Assembly: GCA_020720365.1 (NCBI GenBank)
Contig: DYOU01000007.1
Coordinates: 1 to 57,715, forward strand
Length of the DNA: 57,715 nt
Direction of reading: 5' to 3'
Source: Candidatus Elulimicrobium sp.
Lineage (GTDB): Bacteria; Omnitrophota; Gorgyraeia; Zapsychrales; Fredricksoniimonadaceae
Shown here: piece by piece, positions 1 through 9,345 of the stretch
Layout: each line of letters starts with the position of its first letter
How positions within the stretch are numbered: position 1 is the first letter of the stretch
The notes under the pieces: generated by a model
The model's database searches: none
What the model was told of the DNA's origin: nothing
The model's input: only the letters and a program-made list of their open reading frames with translations
Position numbers and translations under genes: made by a program

Positions 1-182
1 AAATGACATCATAAAGTCATGTGAATTCGTTCCCCGTAGTGAAGGATGCCCGAACGACAGATTATCTTCCTCATTGCAAGCAATGATTTATTCAATAATT
101 GACAGTAATCATAACAACCTATTTTTTTTCAAGAAGTCCTGGAGATGCTTGTATTTCCTCTTTGTTATAATATAATTTTTAA

Positions 183-1706
183 ATGATTAGGAGACAAAGA
201 ATGAATATATTGGTTTTAGAGCGTTTTAAGATGGGGTTTTGTATCTTTTCTTTGGGAATTTGCGCAACTGCATTGATATTGTGGATTACCCATTCTGATG
301 GGCTTGTCACAAGCTGGGATTCGGCGGCGTATTATCAGGGTGCGCAATCGCTGAATAATGGGGAAGGTTTTATGATTTATTCCAAGTATGGAACGCTTGT
401 GCCTTTGACAGGGCATCCTCCGGGATATAGCATGATTCTTTCTGTTGGAAAGTCTTTTGGTAAGGATATTCCGGAGTGGGCCAGGATTGTGAACGCTGCT
501 TTGTTCGGGATGAATATTGCTTTGATCGCTCTTTTTGGATCTTATGTGACTAGGCGTATGGTTGGGGGGCTTGTTGGCGGTGGCCTGGCTTTGTTTTTTT
601 CCTGTCTTCTTGAAAATCATGTTGGTGCTACCTCAGAGGGGTTGTTTATTTTCTTTTTGATTATTTGGTTGTGGTTGATGATCGCTTATGTTCAAAGTTC
701 TCGGGCAGGCTTGTTGATCGCCGCGACGATGCTGGCAAGCTTAGCTTGTATGACCAGGTATGCTGGCATTTCCGTTGTATTGGCAGGTGGTATGAGTATC
801 GGGTTTCTTACACAGAAATCACAGAGGCAGCGAATGGTTGCCGTGGTTATATACAGTGTTCTTTCTTTAGCTATGCCTGTAGTGTGGGTTATCAGGAATT
901 TTAAAGTAGACGGACATCCTGCTGGATTTACGACAGGTATTTCTTTACAAGCGCTGGATAGTTTGATCAGGGGCATTTCAGCGGTGTATGATTACTTTCT
1001 GCCATTCAATATGCCTTTGAGGTTTCAGACTATTGTTGTTTTAGTTGTTATGGTGGCAGGGATTATAGGGATACGGCGTGCTCTGCAGTCTAGAATATCC
1101 GCTCAGAATGATACTGTGATGGCGGGATGGCGCGTGACAGGGCTGTTTTGTGCAGCGTATCTTTTTACAGTGGTAATAGCTGCGTTGATAAGTAAAGGTG
1201 AGGTTTCGCTTATTGCGCGGATTCTTTTGCCATTGCCAGTTGCTGTGATTATGCTAATGCCAACGATTTTAGTGGGACGTAAGAGGCTGGAGGTGTTAGG
1301 GATCAGCACATTCGTTTTGATTTGTTTTATGGGATTGATGGCTTTAAGGACGGGTTTTAAGAGTGTGGAGCTTTACAAAAGCGGAGTGCTGTCGCATGAA
1401 GGGTCAGACTTTATAAAGAGGCTTAAGGCGATTCCTGAAAAGAGTTTTGTTTATACGGATGATATGCGCAGGTTTTATTTAGATACGGGTCGGGCACCTG
1501 TTGAGATTCCATCGAGATTGCGTGATGCATCATATTTCTTGCCTTTAGAATTGGCGCGTAAGCGGTTTCTGGATCAGAGCGCTGTTGTTGTTATTTATAA
1601 AGAGAAGAAATTTGATCCTCATGAGGTATGGAAGAATTTGGTACAGTTGGTTGATCTTAAACAGACTTTCAGTGATGGTTATAGTGGTATTTATGTTGTT
1701 CAGTAG
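183..1706 (+). CDS. Polytopic membrane glycosyltransferase-like protein (GT-C fold, ArnT/PMT family)
   Basis: 507 aa with many hydrophobic helices. An early acidic motif (SWDSAAY), a HPPGY loop, SEGLF and TRYAG segments are typical of GT39/GT83-like proteins. Confidence 0.65.
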   Translation: MIRRQRMNILVLERFKMGFCIFSLGICATALILWITHSDGLVTSWDSAAYYQGAQSLNNGEGFMIYSKYGTLVPLTGHPPGYSMILSVGKSFGKDIPEWARIVNAALFGMNIALIALFGSYVTRRMVGGLVGGGLALFFSCLLENHVGATSEGLFIFFLIIWLWLMIAYVQSSRAGLLIAATMLASLACMTRYAGISVVLAGGMSIGFLTQKSQRQRMVAVVIYSVLSLAMPVVWVIRNFKVDGHPAGFTTGISLQALDSLIRGISAVYDYFLPFNMPLRFQTIVVLVVMVAGIIGIRRALQSRISAQNDTVMAGWRVTGLFCAAYLFTVVIAALISKGEVSLIARILLPLPVAVIMLMPTILVGRKRLEVLGISTFVLICFMGLMALRTGFKSVELYKSGVLSHEGSDFIKRLKAIPEKSFVYTDDMRRFYLDTGRAPVEIPSRLRDASYFLPLELARKRFLDQSAVVVIYKEKKFDPHEVWKNLVQLVDLKQTFSDGYSGIYVVQ

Positions 1707-1822
1707 ACAGGAGATGTTTGGCACATCTTTTTGATGAGGTATTGGTTTGTGATGTGCATTTTTGTTTTTGTTCTTCGACTGCACTAAATGTTAGTTCTCT
1801 CATGGAGGGATGGAAGTTCAGC

Positions 1823-1867
1823 TTGACAAAGTTATTTTCGCAGTTATTATTAACATATGTCAATAAT
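1823..1867 (+). promoter_or_regulatory. Sigma70-type promoter with overlapping 22-bp palindromic operator
   Basis: TTGACA (1823-1828), 16 nt, TATTAT (1845-1850). ATTATTAACAT/ATGTCAATAAT at 1846-1867 is a palindrome with one mismatch, just upstream of a DUF134 gene. Confidence 0.6.
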
Positions 1868-1883
1868 GAAATAAAAGGTTGTT

Positions 1884-2204
1884 ATGGTAAGACCGTGCAA
1901 AAAACGAAATGTATGCTTGAAACTAAAAGCGGGATACTTTCGTCCTGAAGAGTTTTCAGGTTCTGGATTGAAGGAAGTTGTTCTGGAGGTGGATGAGATC
2001 GAGGCCATCAGACTTGCTGATTTTAACGGTGAGTATCAGGTTGTCGCTGCGAAGAAAATGGGTGTTTCGCGTTCGACTTTTAGCAATATTATCAACCGTG
2101 CTCATCAAAAGGTTGCGGAAGCTTTTATTCGGGGGCTGGCGATCCGGATCAATTGTTCTAAATTTATGAAAAGAGTTCAGAGTAGAGAAGCTGGAGGCGG
2201 GTAA
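1884..2204 (+). CDS. DUF134 domain DNA-binding protein
   Basis: N-terminus RPCKKRNV, YFRP, DEIEAIRLAD, and HTH QVVAAKKMGVSRSTF..A..KVAEA. Confidence 0.9.
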   Translation: MVRPCKKRNVCLKLKAGYFRPEEFSGSGLKEVVLEVDEIEAIRLADFNGEYQVVAAKKMGVSRSTFSNIINRAHQKVAEAFIRGLAIRINCSKFMKRVQSREAGGG

Positions 2205-2316
2205 AGATATCCGGTTTGATCGGGATCTTCTGTCTTAGTTGAAGTCGGTAGTATTAATGGTGCTTTTACGTTTTCTGTTTTAGCCGAGAAGTTTTTAAGA
2301 AAAAAGGAGAGTTAGA

Positions 2317-3282
2317 ATGACGGTATTGAAAGAAACCAACAGGTTAAAGAATTTTCCTATCAGCTTTTATGCTGTTGTTTTAGGGTTGATTGGCTATACT
2401 CTCGCCATTTTGAAAGCCGAGGTTGTTTTTCATTTCCCTCATTATTATCATATTCTTTTGGGAGGAACGATAGCTGTTTTTGGTCTTATAACGGTTATTT
2501 ATTTATATAAAATTCTTAATTTCCCCGATGAGTTAAGAAAAGAACTAGATCATCCCATAAAAATTAATTTTTTCCCGATATTGGCAAAGATTCTTCTGGT
2601 GGCCAGCATTATCTTTTTATCGATCGATCTTGGTGTGTCGAAAGCTTTATGGGGAATCGGGGCCGTCTTGCAGTTGGTTGCTTCACTTGCGGTGTTATCG
2701 ATATGGTTTCGGCATACCAAATTTCAATATCATCATCTTAATCCATCGTGGTTCATTCCGATTGTCGGGAATGTGATCGTCCCTATTGCCGGGGTCGCTC
2801 ATGGTTTTCATGAAGTTTCCTGGTTTTTCTTCAGTATTGGGCTCTTTATGTGGCTCTCACTGTTTGTTATTGTGCTTAACAGGATTATTTTTCATGAGCC
2901 GATGCATGAGAAGATGATCCCAACATTATTTATTCTTTTTGCGCCTCCGGCTATTGCGTTTATTGCGTATGTGAAGTTAACCGGATCTCTTGATCCGTTC
3001 GGAAAGGTTCTGTATTACATTTCTTTCTTCCTGTTGTTGTTTGTTTTTTGTCAGGCAAGAATGTTTTCCAAGATTAAATTCTATTTGTCCTGGTGGGCGT
3101 ATTCATTTCCTATGTCTGCGATGACAATCGCGACTATATTGATGTATGAAAAGACCAATTTCTGGTTTTTTGAAGCAGTGGCATTAGTCCTTCTTTTTTT
3201 CTTGACAATGATCGTCGTTTATCTTTCTTTGCGAACAGTAAGAGAGATTTCAAATAAAACGTTGTGTGTTGAAGAAAGTTAA
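2317..3282 (+). CDS. SLAC1/TehA (TDT family) anion channel
   Basis: About 10 TM helices with ELDHPIKINFFP, PSWFIPIVGN and FYLSWWAYSFP motifs. RBS AAGGAG upstream. Confidence 0.9.
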   Translation: MTVLKETNRLKNFPISFYAVVLGLIGYTLAILKAEVVFHFPHYYHILLGGTIAVFGLITVIYLYKILNFPDELRKELDHPIKINFFPILAKILLVASIIFLSIDLGVSKALWGIGAVLQLVASLAVLSIWFRHTKFQYHHLNPSWFIPIVGNVIVPIAGVAHGFHEVSWFFFSIGLFMWLSLFVIVLNRIIFHEPMHEKMIPTLFILFAPPAIAFIAYVKLTGSLDPFGKVLYYISFFLLLFVFCQARMFSKIKFYLSWWAYSFPMSAMTIATILMYEKTNFWFFEAVALVLLFFLTMIVVYLSLRTVREISNKTLCVEES

Positions 3283-3293
3283 AGGAGGTCGTG

Positions 3294-3653
3294 ATGAATG
3301 TAGCAGTGATCGGGGCATCCAATAAGCCTCAACGCTATTCTTATCAGGCAATGATGCTTTTAAAGGAGAAAGGGCATAAGGTTTTTCCTGTGCATCCGAA
3401 TATCAGGGAAATTGAAGGTGTTGTGGTGTATAAAACTATTCAAGATATTCCCGATATGGTTGATACTGTCACGATGTATGTTGGAGAGGGAACTTCGAAC
3501 GACATGATAGACGATATTTTGAAGAAAACATCTCGAAGGATCATTTTTAATCCTGGGGCGGAGAATGCGATCTTAAGGGATCGGGCGAAAGATCGCGGTA
3601 TTGAAGTTTTGGACGCGTGTACACTTGTTTTGCTGAGGACGGGACATTTTTAA
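3294..3653 (+). CDS. CoA-binding protein (YccU-like)
   Basis: VAVIGASNKPQRYS, VFPVHP, VDTVTMYV, IIFNPGAEN and ACTLVLL motifs. RBS AGGAGG. Confidence 0.9.
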   Translation: MNVAVIGASNKPQRYSYQAMMLLKEKGHKVFPVHPNIREIEGVVVYKTIQDIPDMVDTVTMYVGEGTSNDMIDDILKKTSRRIIFNPGAENAILRDRAKDRGIEVLDACTLVLLRTGHF

Positions 3654-3775
3654 CCTGATTGTGTATTCAGGGAAGCCGTAAAAGCGGGATGTGTTTTTTA
3701 TAGTATGTTTTTTACGGAGTTGTATAGGAAGCCTTTTAGATGTTTATGTTCGGAATGGCAAGTTAAGGAGAGAAT

Positions 3776-4120
3776 ATGTTAAATACCAAATTGAAGCATT
3801 TGACGAGTCGACAAGACCTTGATGATCTTTTGAAGGTTAGTAAGAACGTGATGGTTTGCTGCGGACGCATGGGGCCTATGTGTATTCCTGTGTATCGTGT
3901 GATGGAGAAGTTGCAAGCCCGATATTCTCATGTTGCTTTCAGGGATATGGAATTTGATATATCTGCAGCCGATTGTATAAGAGGTCTTCCCGAGTGTGCT
4001 TCGTTTATGGGTTTGCCGTTTACGGTTTATTTCAAGGATGGAAAGGTTGTTAAGGCCACGAGCAGTATACAAAATGAGAAACAGGTCGTTGCTGTATTGG
4101 ATGCGGTATTCAAAGAATAG
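3776..4120 (+). CDS. Thioredoxin-fold protein with atypical active site
   Basis: CCGRMGPMC in place of WCGPC. Trx-like C-terminal motif GLPFTVYFKDGKVV with cis-Pro. Confidence 0.75.
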   Translation: MLNTKLKHLTSRQDLDDLLKVSKNVMVCCGRMGPMCIPVYRVMEKLQARYSHVAFRDMEFDISAADCIRGLPECASFMGLPFTVYFKDGKVVKATSSIQNEKQVVAVLDAVFKE

Positions 4121-4270
4121 TTGATGGTATAAAGACGGATTTTTTGATCATTGGCTTTGGTCCTGCCGGTTTTCACGGTATTAAATTCTTTATAAAATTT
4201 ATTTCTATATTATAGTATGTCAATGTTCTTCTGAGCGGTTCATTTAAACCAGCAAAGGATACGTCTTGTA

Positions 4271-5917
4271 ATGAAAAAATTACGCCTCGAACGCCACGGC
4301 ATTACACAGTATGATGAGATCTTTTATAATTTATCTTACGAGGAATTGCTGAAGCATGAGACTGATCCCGCTACTTCGGCCAATGAACGGGGCACTATAA
4401 CCTCTTCCGGGGCAGTCGCTATTGATACCGGCAAATATACGGGTCGTTCGCCCAAAGATAAATATATTGTTTCAGAGGAGACGTCCCGGGATAAGATCTG
4501 GTGGGGTGTTGGCGCGGTTGTCCCGATTACAAATAATTCTGATAATCAGCAGATTTCAGAGGAAACGTGGTATTACCTGAAAGATCTCAGCCTTAATCGT
4601 TTGAATGGGAAGAAACTGTATGTCACAGATGCGTTCTGCGGCGCTAATGCCGATTCCCGTATTCGAGTGCGGCTGGTGACGGAAATTGCCTGGAAAGCTC
4701 ATTTCTTCAAGAATATGTTTATTCGTCCAACGGAAGAAGAGCTTGAAGCTTTTGTTCCTGACTGGACTATTCTGGACGCCTGTAAGGTGACCTGTCCGCA
4801 TCCTCATCGGCATAATTTACGGACAGAGGTCTTTATTGCGTTTAATATGATGGAGCGGATGACTTTGATCGGCGGGACATGGTACGGCGGGGAGATCAAG
4901 AAGGGCGTATTTTCGGTCATGAATTATTTTCTTCCTTTGAAAGGGATAGGCTCTTTTCATTGTTCAGCGAATATGGGCAAGAAAGGAGATACGGCGATCT
5001 TCTTTGGCTTGTCGGGCACAGGGAAAACGACGTTATCGGCGGATCCTAAGCGGTTGTTGATCGGTGATGATGAGCATGGCTGGGATCATGACGGTGTGTT
5101 TAATCTTGAAGGCGGCTGTTATGCCAAGTGTATTGATCTTTCCGCTGAAAAAGAGCCGGATATATTCCGTGCGATCCGTCAGGACACCTTGTTGGAGAAT
5201 GTGGTATTCGACAGTAAGGGGGTTGTGGATTATGCTTCTGACAAGAAGACCGAGAATACCCGCGCGTCGTATCCGATCTATCATATCGATAATATTGTTC
5301 GCCCTGTATCGCGCGGCGGGCATGCCAACAAGATTATTTTTCTGACTTGCGATGCTTACGGGGTTTTACCGCCTGTATCCAAATTAAGCAGTGATCAGGC
5401 CATGTATCATTTTTTAAGCGGGTATACGGCTAAGGTTGCGGGGACTGAGTTAGGCGTTACTGAACCCAAGGCCACATTCTCAACCTGCTTTGGCCAGGCT
5501 TTCCTGCTTTTACATCCGACTAGGTATGCCAAGATCCTTGGTGAATTGATGGATAAGCACGGAGCGCATGCGTATTTGGTCAATACCGGTTGGGTGCGAG
5601 GGAAATATGGCGTTGGCCAGCGAATGGACCTGCCCAGTACGCGCAAGATCATAGATGCTGTTCTTGACGGGTCACTGGAGAAGGCGGAGTTTGAGACTCT
5701 GCCGATCTTTAATCTGCAGATACCTAAAGCTGTCGCTGGTGTGGACAGTGCGATCCTTAATCCCCGTAATGTTTGGAAAGACAAGTCGGAATACGATAAA
5801 GCCTGTTATAATTTGGCAGAGATGTTTATTGCTCATTTTAATAATTTTACGGATACGGAGAAAGGAAGGCATCTGGTCGATGCAGGTCCGCAATTGAGTG
5901 CCGAGATACGTGATTAA
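4271..5917 (+). CDS. pckA: Phosphoenolpyruvate carboxykinase (ATP)
   Basis: [26 protein letters not shown], Walker [31 protein letters not shown] and TENTR. Confidence 0.97.
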   Translation: MKKLRLERHGITQYDEIFYNLSYEELLKHETDPATSANERGTITSSGAVAIDTGKYTGRSPKDKYIVSEETSRDKIWWGVGAVVPITNNSDNQQISEETWYYLKDLSLNRLNGKKLYVTDAFCGANADSRIRVRLVTEIAWKAHFFKNMFIRPTEEELEAFVPDWTILDACKVTCPHPHRHNLRTEVFIAFNMMERMTLIGGTWYGGEIKKGVFSVMNYFLPLKGIGSFHCSANMGKKGDTAIFFGLSGTGKTTLSADPKRLLIGDDEHGWDHDGVFNLEGGCYAKCIDLSAEKEPDIFRAIRQDTLLENVVFDSKGVVDYASDKKTENTRASYPIYHIDNIVRPVSRGGHANKIIFLTCDAYGVLPPVSKLSSDQAMYHFLSGYTAKVAGTELGVTEPKATFSTCFGQAFLLLHPTRYAKILGELMDKHGAHAYLVNTGWVRGKYGVGQRMDLPSTRKIIDAVLDGSLEKAEFETLPIFNLQIPKAVAGVDSAILNPRNVWKDKSEYDKACYNLAEMFIAHFNNFTDTEKGRHLVDAGPQLSAEIRD

Positions 5918-5938
5918 GCCTTGAGGAGATGCTTTATT

Positions 5939-6709
5939 ATGGATATATTATCAGCAGTTATTCTTGGAATTGTCGAAGGTGTTACGGAATTCCTTCCGGT
6001 ATCTTCGACGGGGCATATGATCTTGACGGGTAAGCTCCTGGGATTGCCTGATATCGATTTTCTTAAAAGTTTTGAGATCGTTGTCCAGCTGGGAGCGATC
6101 CTGGCTGTAGTTGCCTTGTACGCGCGGTCGTTGCTTGTAAAGCCTATGGTTTTACTTAAGGTGGCGGTGGCCTTTCTTCCTACCGCAGTCATCGGTTTCT
6201 TTTCTTACAAGATCCTGAAAAGTTTCCTTCTGGGAAGTACGCAGGTTGTTCTTTGGTCGCTGCTGCTTGGGGGTGTGTTTTTGATCATTTTTGAATTGTT
6301 GTATAAAAAACCTAAGAATGAGGGAAATATTGATCAGGTCACAGTACGGCAGGCCTTTGTGATCGGGGCCTTTCAGTCGCTGGCGATTATTCCCGGTGTT
6401 TCCCGTTCAGCGGCAACGATCATTGGAGGTCTTTTCCTTGGATTGGGCCGAACAACAGCCGCTGAGTTCTCTTTTCTTTTGGCTATTCCCACCATGGGGG
6501 CCGCAGTAGCTTTGGACCTGTCAAAGAATGCGATGGTCTTTACATGGAATGACATAGTGGCTTTGACGGTTGGATTTTTTGTTTCATTTGTCGTTGCTAT
6601 TTTGGTTATTAAAGTCTTTATGCGGTATTTACAGCAGAATAATTTTATATCTTTTGGTATTTACCGTGTTGTATTGGCATTGGTGTTATTGTTTATTTGG
6701 CAGGTGTAA
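5939..6709 (+). CDS. uppP: Undecaprenyl-diphosphate phosphatase
   Basis: GIVEGVTEFLPVSSTGH, QLGAILAV, PGVSRSAATI and AEFSFLLAIP. ATG at 5939 follows GAGGAG. Confidence 0.96.
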   Translation: MDILSAVILGIVEGVTEFLPVSSTGHMILTGKLLGLPDIDFLKSFEIVVQLGAILAVVALYARSLLVKPMVLLKVAVAFLPTAVIGFFSYKILKSFLLGSTQVVLWSLLLGGVFLIIFELLYKKPKNEGNIDQVTVRQAFVIGAFQSLAIIPGVSRSAATIIGGLFLGLGRTTAAEFSFLLAIPTMGAAVALDLSKNAMVFTWNDIVALTVGFFVSFVVAILVIKVFMRYLQQNNFISFGIYRVVLALVLLFIWQV

Positions 6710-6889
6710 CTACGCCTGGAGGATGGTAGGGATGATCAAGGCACGTAACGAACGAAAGGGTAAACTTATGAACTGGTTGTTTGTTGGTCTGTCTGAGCCT
6801 TTCTTTTGTAGCAACTGCCGCGACCGCTCGCCGTCTTCCACCGTGTTCTTCTTTTAAAAGAATGCGTAAATTAAAAAAAAGGAGAAATT

Positions 6890-7273
6890 GTGATGAGTAC
6901 GATGACGGGTTTGATGATGGTGTGCGTGATGGCAGGAGTGATTCTTGTGGGGTGTGCGCAAAAGACTGTTGCAGATAATGCGACGCAGGTTATTGAACAG
7001 TCCAAGGCTCAGGGGCCGGTGGAAGCTCAGGCTAATTTCCTGATGGAACAGGCCAATGCGTTAGTCTCTAGTAAGAACTACCAGGAAGCGATGAATGTGG
7101 CTCATTATGTGATCGCTAATTTTAAGGACAAAGCGCCTGAAGCTCAAAAATTACTCCAGGATATTCAGGTCAATGTTCAGCAGATGTTTCAGGAAAAGAT
7201 GGGAACTGTCAAAAAAGACGTGGGTGCTGCCGCTAAAGATCTCAATAAGACACTCGGTTCTTTTGGGAAATAA
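6890..7273 (+). CDS. Hypothetical helical lipoprotein
   Basis: Lipobox ILVG-C after a hydrophobic leader, followed by a helical, TPR-like body. RBS AAGGAG. Confidence 0.7.
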   Translation: MMSTMTGLMMVCVMAGVILVGCAQKTVADNATQVIEQSKAQGPVEAQANFLMEQANALVSSKNYQEAMNVAHYVIANFKDKAPEAQKLLQDIQVNVQQMFQEKMGTVKKDVGAAAKDLNKTLGSFGK

Positions 7274-7330
7274 GGTTTGTTAATTCCAGGAATGAATAGT
7301 ATTTCTAAACTGTAAAAAGGAGAGGAAGGT

Positions 7331-8080
7331 ATGCATCGGATGATAAAGAAAATATTAGGTGTATGTTTCTTTATTTTTTTAAGTGTGGGGATACTGGAGG
7401 GGAATGCGTATGCCGCTGAAGGCCAGTGGATAGGGAATGTCTTTGCCGGGTATGATCAGAGCAACGGGAACACGAAGAAGGGTGCGGCAACACTTTCAGC
7501 GCAGGCTGAAAAGAAAGTTGGAGTGAATGCTTTTTTGTTGAAAGGGAATACATCTTACTCATCGACGAACAGTAAGATGGATGGCCAGAAATGGGATGCT
7601 TTGGGTAAATATTCTTATAATTTTGGTCATGAGAATAAATGGTTTAATTTTTATCAGATCTCTGCGGATCATGATCGCTTCTCTGACATCAAATACAGAC
7701 TTACTCCGAGTATCGGTATTGGTTATCATATCGCGGCTTCTGATGAGTGGGCCTGGGATGCTGACGCGGGTTTGGGTTACAGGATCACCCGTCATAATGT
7801 TAATAAAGCCAAGGATGATGAAGTCTTGACAGGTTTGTTACATACGTTTATGAAAAAGAGTATTTTTGAAAAGTCCTATCTTTCAGAAGATCTCACGGTT
7901 TATCCGGGGTTTGAGAGTGATGCGGGTGTTCTTGTGCGTTCGGAGACAGTATTTACCAATCCGCTGTCAGCCAAGATGGATCTTCAGCTGAAGTATATTG
8001 TGGATCATGACACTGAAGCGGCAGAAGGAAAGAAAAAGACCGATACGCGTTTTATCGCCGGTTTGAAATATAACTTTTAA
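7331..8080 (+). CDS. DUF481/YdiY-family outer-membrane beta-barrel
   Basis: Signal peptide, W.G....GY.QSNGNT, DHDRFSDIKYRL..SIGIGY, and C-terminal aromatic BAM signal GLKYNF. Confidence 0.85.
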   Translation: MHRMIKKILGVCFFIFLSVGILEGNAYAAEGQWIGNVFAGYDQSNGNTKKGAATLSAQAEKKVGVNAFLLKGNTSYSSTNSKMDGQKWDALGKYSYNFGHENKWFNFYQISADHDRFSDIKYRLTPSIGIGYHIAASDEWAWDADAGLGYRITRHNVNKAKDDEVLTGLLHTFMKKSIFEKSYLSEDLTVYPGFESDAGVLVRSETVFTNPLSAKMDLQLKYIVDHDTEAAEGKKKTDTRFIAGLKYNF

Positions 8081-8101
8081 TGACTTTCAGGGAGATTAGT
8101 T

Positions 8102-8503
8102 ATGACCATCATTCAGGAATTTAAAGCGTTTGCTTTACGCGGCAATATTATCGATATGGCTGTGGGTATTATTATTGGAGCAGGGTTCGGGAAGATCGTC
8201 GACTCTGCGGTGAAAGATATTTTAATGCCGCCGCTTGGTTATATTGTTGGCGGTATTGATTTCAGTAATCTGGAGATCGTTCTTCGAAGTGCTGGTTTAA
8301 CAACTCCAGCGGTAACGATCAAATACGGTTTGTTCCTGAACGCTATGATAAGTTTCACGATCGTGGCGTTTGCTGTATTCATGCTGATCCGCGGGATCAG
8401 TGCTTTACAGAAGAAAGAAACGGCGGCGCCGAGTGTTCCGCCTCAGCCGAGTAACCAGGAGATCCTTCTGGCTGAAATCCGGGACCTGTTAAAGAGAAAA
8501 TAA
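8102..8503 (+). CDS. mscL: Large-conductance mechanosensitive channel
   Basis: EFKAFALRGNIIDMAVGIIIG, IKYGLFL and EILLAEIRDLLK. Confidence 0.97.
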   Translation: MTIIQEFKAFALRGNIIDMAVGIIIGAGFGKIVDSAVKDILMPPLGYIVGGIDFSNLEIVLRSAGLTTPAVTIKYGLFLNAMISFTIVAFAVFMLIRGISALQKKETAAPSVPPQPSNQEILLAEIRDLLKRK

Positions 8504-8526
8504 TTGTTCAAGTGGATCATGAGGAA

Positions 8527-8565
8527 GCCTCTGCCGAATCAGTATCGGCAGAGGTTTTTTATTTT
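8527..8565 (+). terminator. Intrinsic terminator after mscL
   Basis: Stem GCCTCTGCCGA/TCGGCAGAGGT followed by a T-rich tail. Confidence 0.9.
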
Positions 8566-8658
8566 CCTCCTTCTTTCTTGAACTTAATAATGTAAAATAG
8601 CGGGTAGATATAAAGAATTAAAATAAGATATTTAAGGTTTTCATTAAGGGAGTCAGGA

Positions 8659-9345
8659 ATGAGTTTGGATCAATGTGTGCGGGGAGTGGCAGATAAAAAT
8701 ATACTTGTTTCGGATTTTGATGGCACGATCACCCTGTTTGATTTTTATGATTTGATGTGCCGTGAGTTTCCGGAGATCCTGCGTTTAGGCGCATGGGAGA
8801 AATATGAGGCGGGAGAGATTACGCATTTTGAAGCTTTAAGGAGGATGTTCGCTGCGCTGCGGACACAAGAGACAACGTTGTTAAATATTATTGTGCGTAT
8901 GGAGCTGGAACCTCGTATGGGAGCAGCGGTTTCTGCATTGAACCATGCGGGGTGGGAGGTGATTGTGGCGTCAGCTGGCTGTGCCTGGTATATAGAAAAA
9001 CTGCTTGCTCAGGCAGGGGTATCGATCAGTGTTCATGCGAATCCAGGGCGTTTTTCTGCGGACAGGGGTTTGGAAATGTCTTTGCCTAGCGGCTCGCCTT
9101 TTTTATCTCCGGAGCTTGGGATTAATAAAGTAGCTGTTGTGCGAGATGCGCTGCATCGGTCGAGCCGGGTGGCTTTTGCCGGTGATGGTCGGCCGGATCT
9201 TGCGCCAGCTCTTTTAGTACAGCCGGAACTGCGCTTTGCCAAGGGGTGGTTAGCCAAGAAATTGACAGAGATCGGCGAAGATTTTCAGCGCTTTGACCGG
9301 TGGGTTGAGGTTGCTGAAGCATTGACCGGTAAGGAGTTGCCATGA
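8659..9345 (+). CDS. HAD-IB phosphatase, MtnX-like
   Basis: Motif I SDFDGTIT, motif II VASAG, GINK and motif IV AGDGRPD. Confidence 0.85.
   Translation: MSLDQCVRGVADKNILVSDFDGTITLFDFYDLMCREFPEILRLGAWEKYEAGEITHFEALRRMFAALRTQETTLLNIIVRMELEPRMGAAVSALNHAGWEVIVASAGCAWYIEKLLAQAGVSISVHANPGRFSADRGLEMSLPSGSPFLSPELGINKVAVVRDALHRSSRVAFAGDGRPDLAPALLVQPELRFAKGWLAKKLTEIGEDFQRFDRWVEVAEALTGKELP

Noticed and set aside
1718-1736. Sigma54-like TGGCAC
   Set aside because: No TTGC at the required -12 spacing.
1718-1948. 76-aa + strand ORF
   Set aside because: It overlaps the DUF134 promoter and gene and has no recognisable features.
4210-4225. TATGTCAAT half-site upstream of pckA resembling the DUF134 operator
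   Set aside because: Only a half-site is present in AT-rich DNA, so it is likely chance.
6821-6845. tRNA/tmRNA-like 3' end (CCGTCTTCCACC) or an attC site
   Set aside because: There is no TTCGA T-loop or cloverleaf, and no RYYYAAC/GTTRRRY pair.
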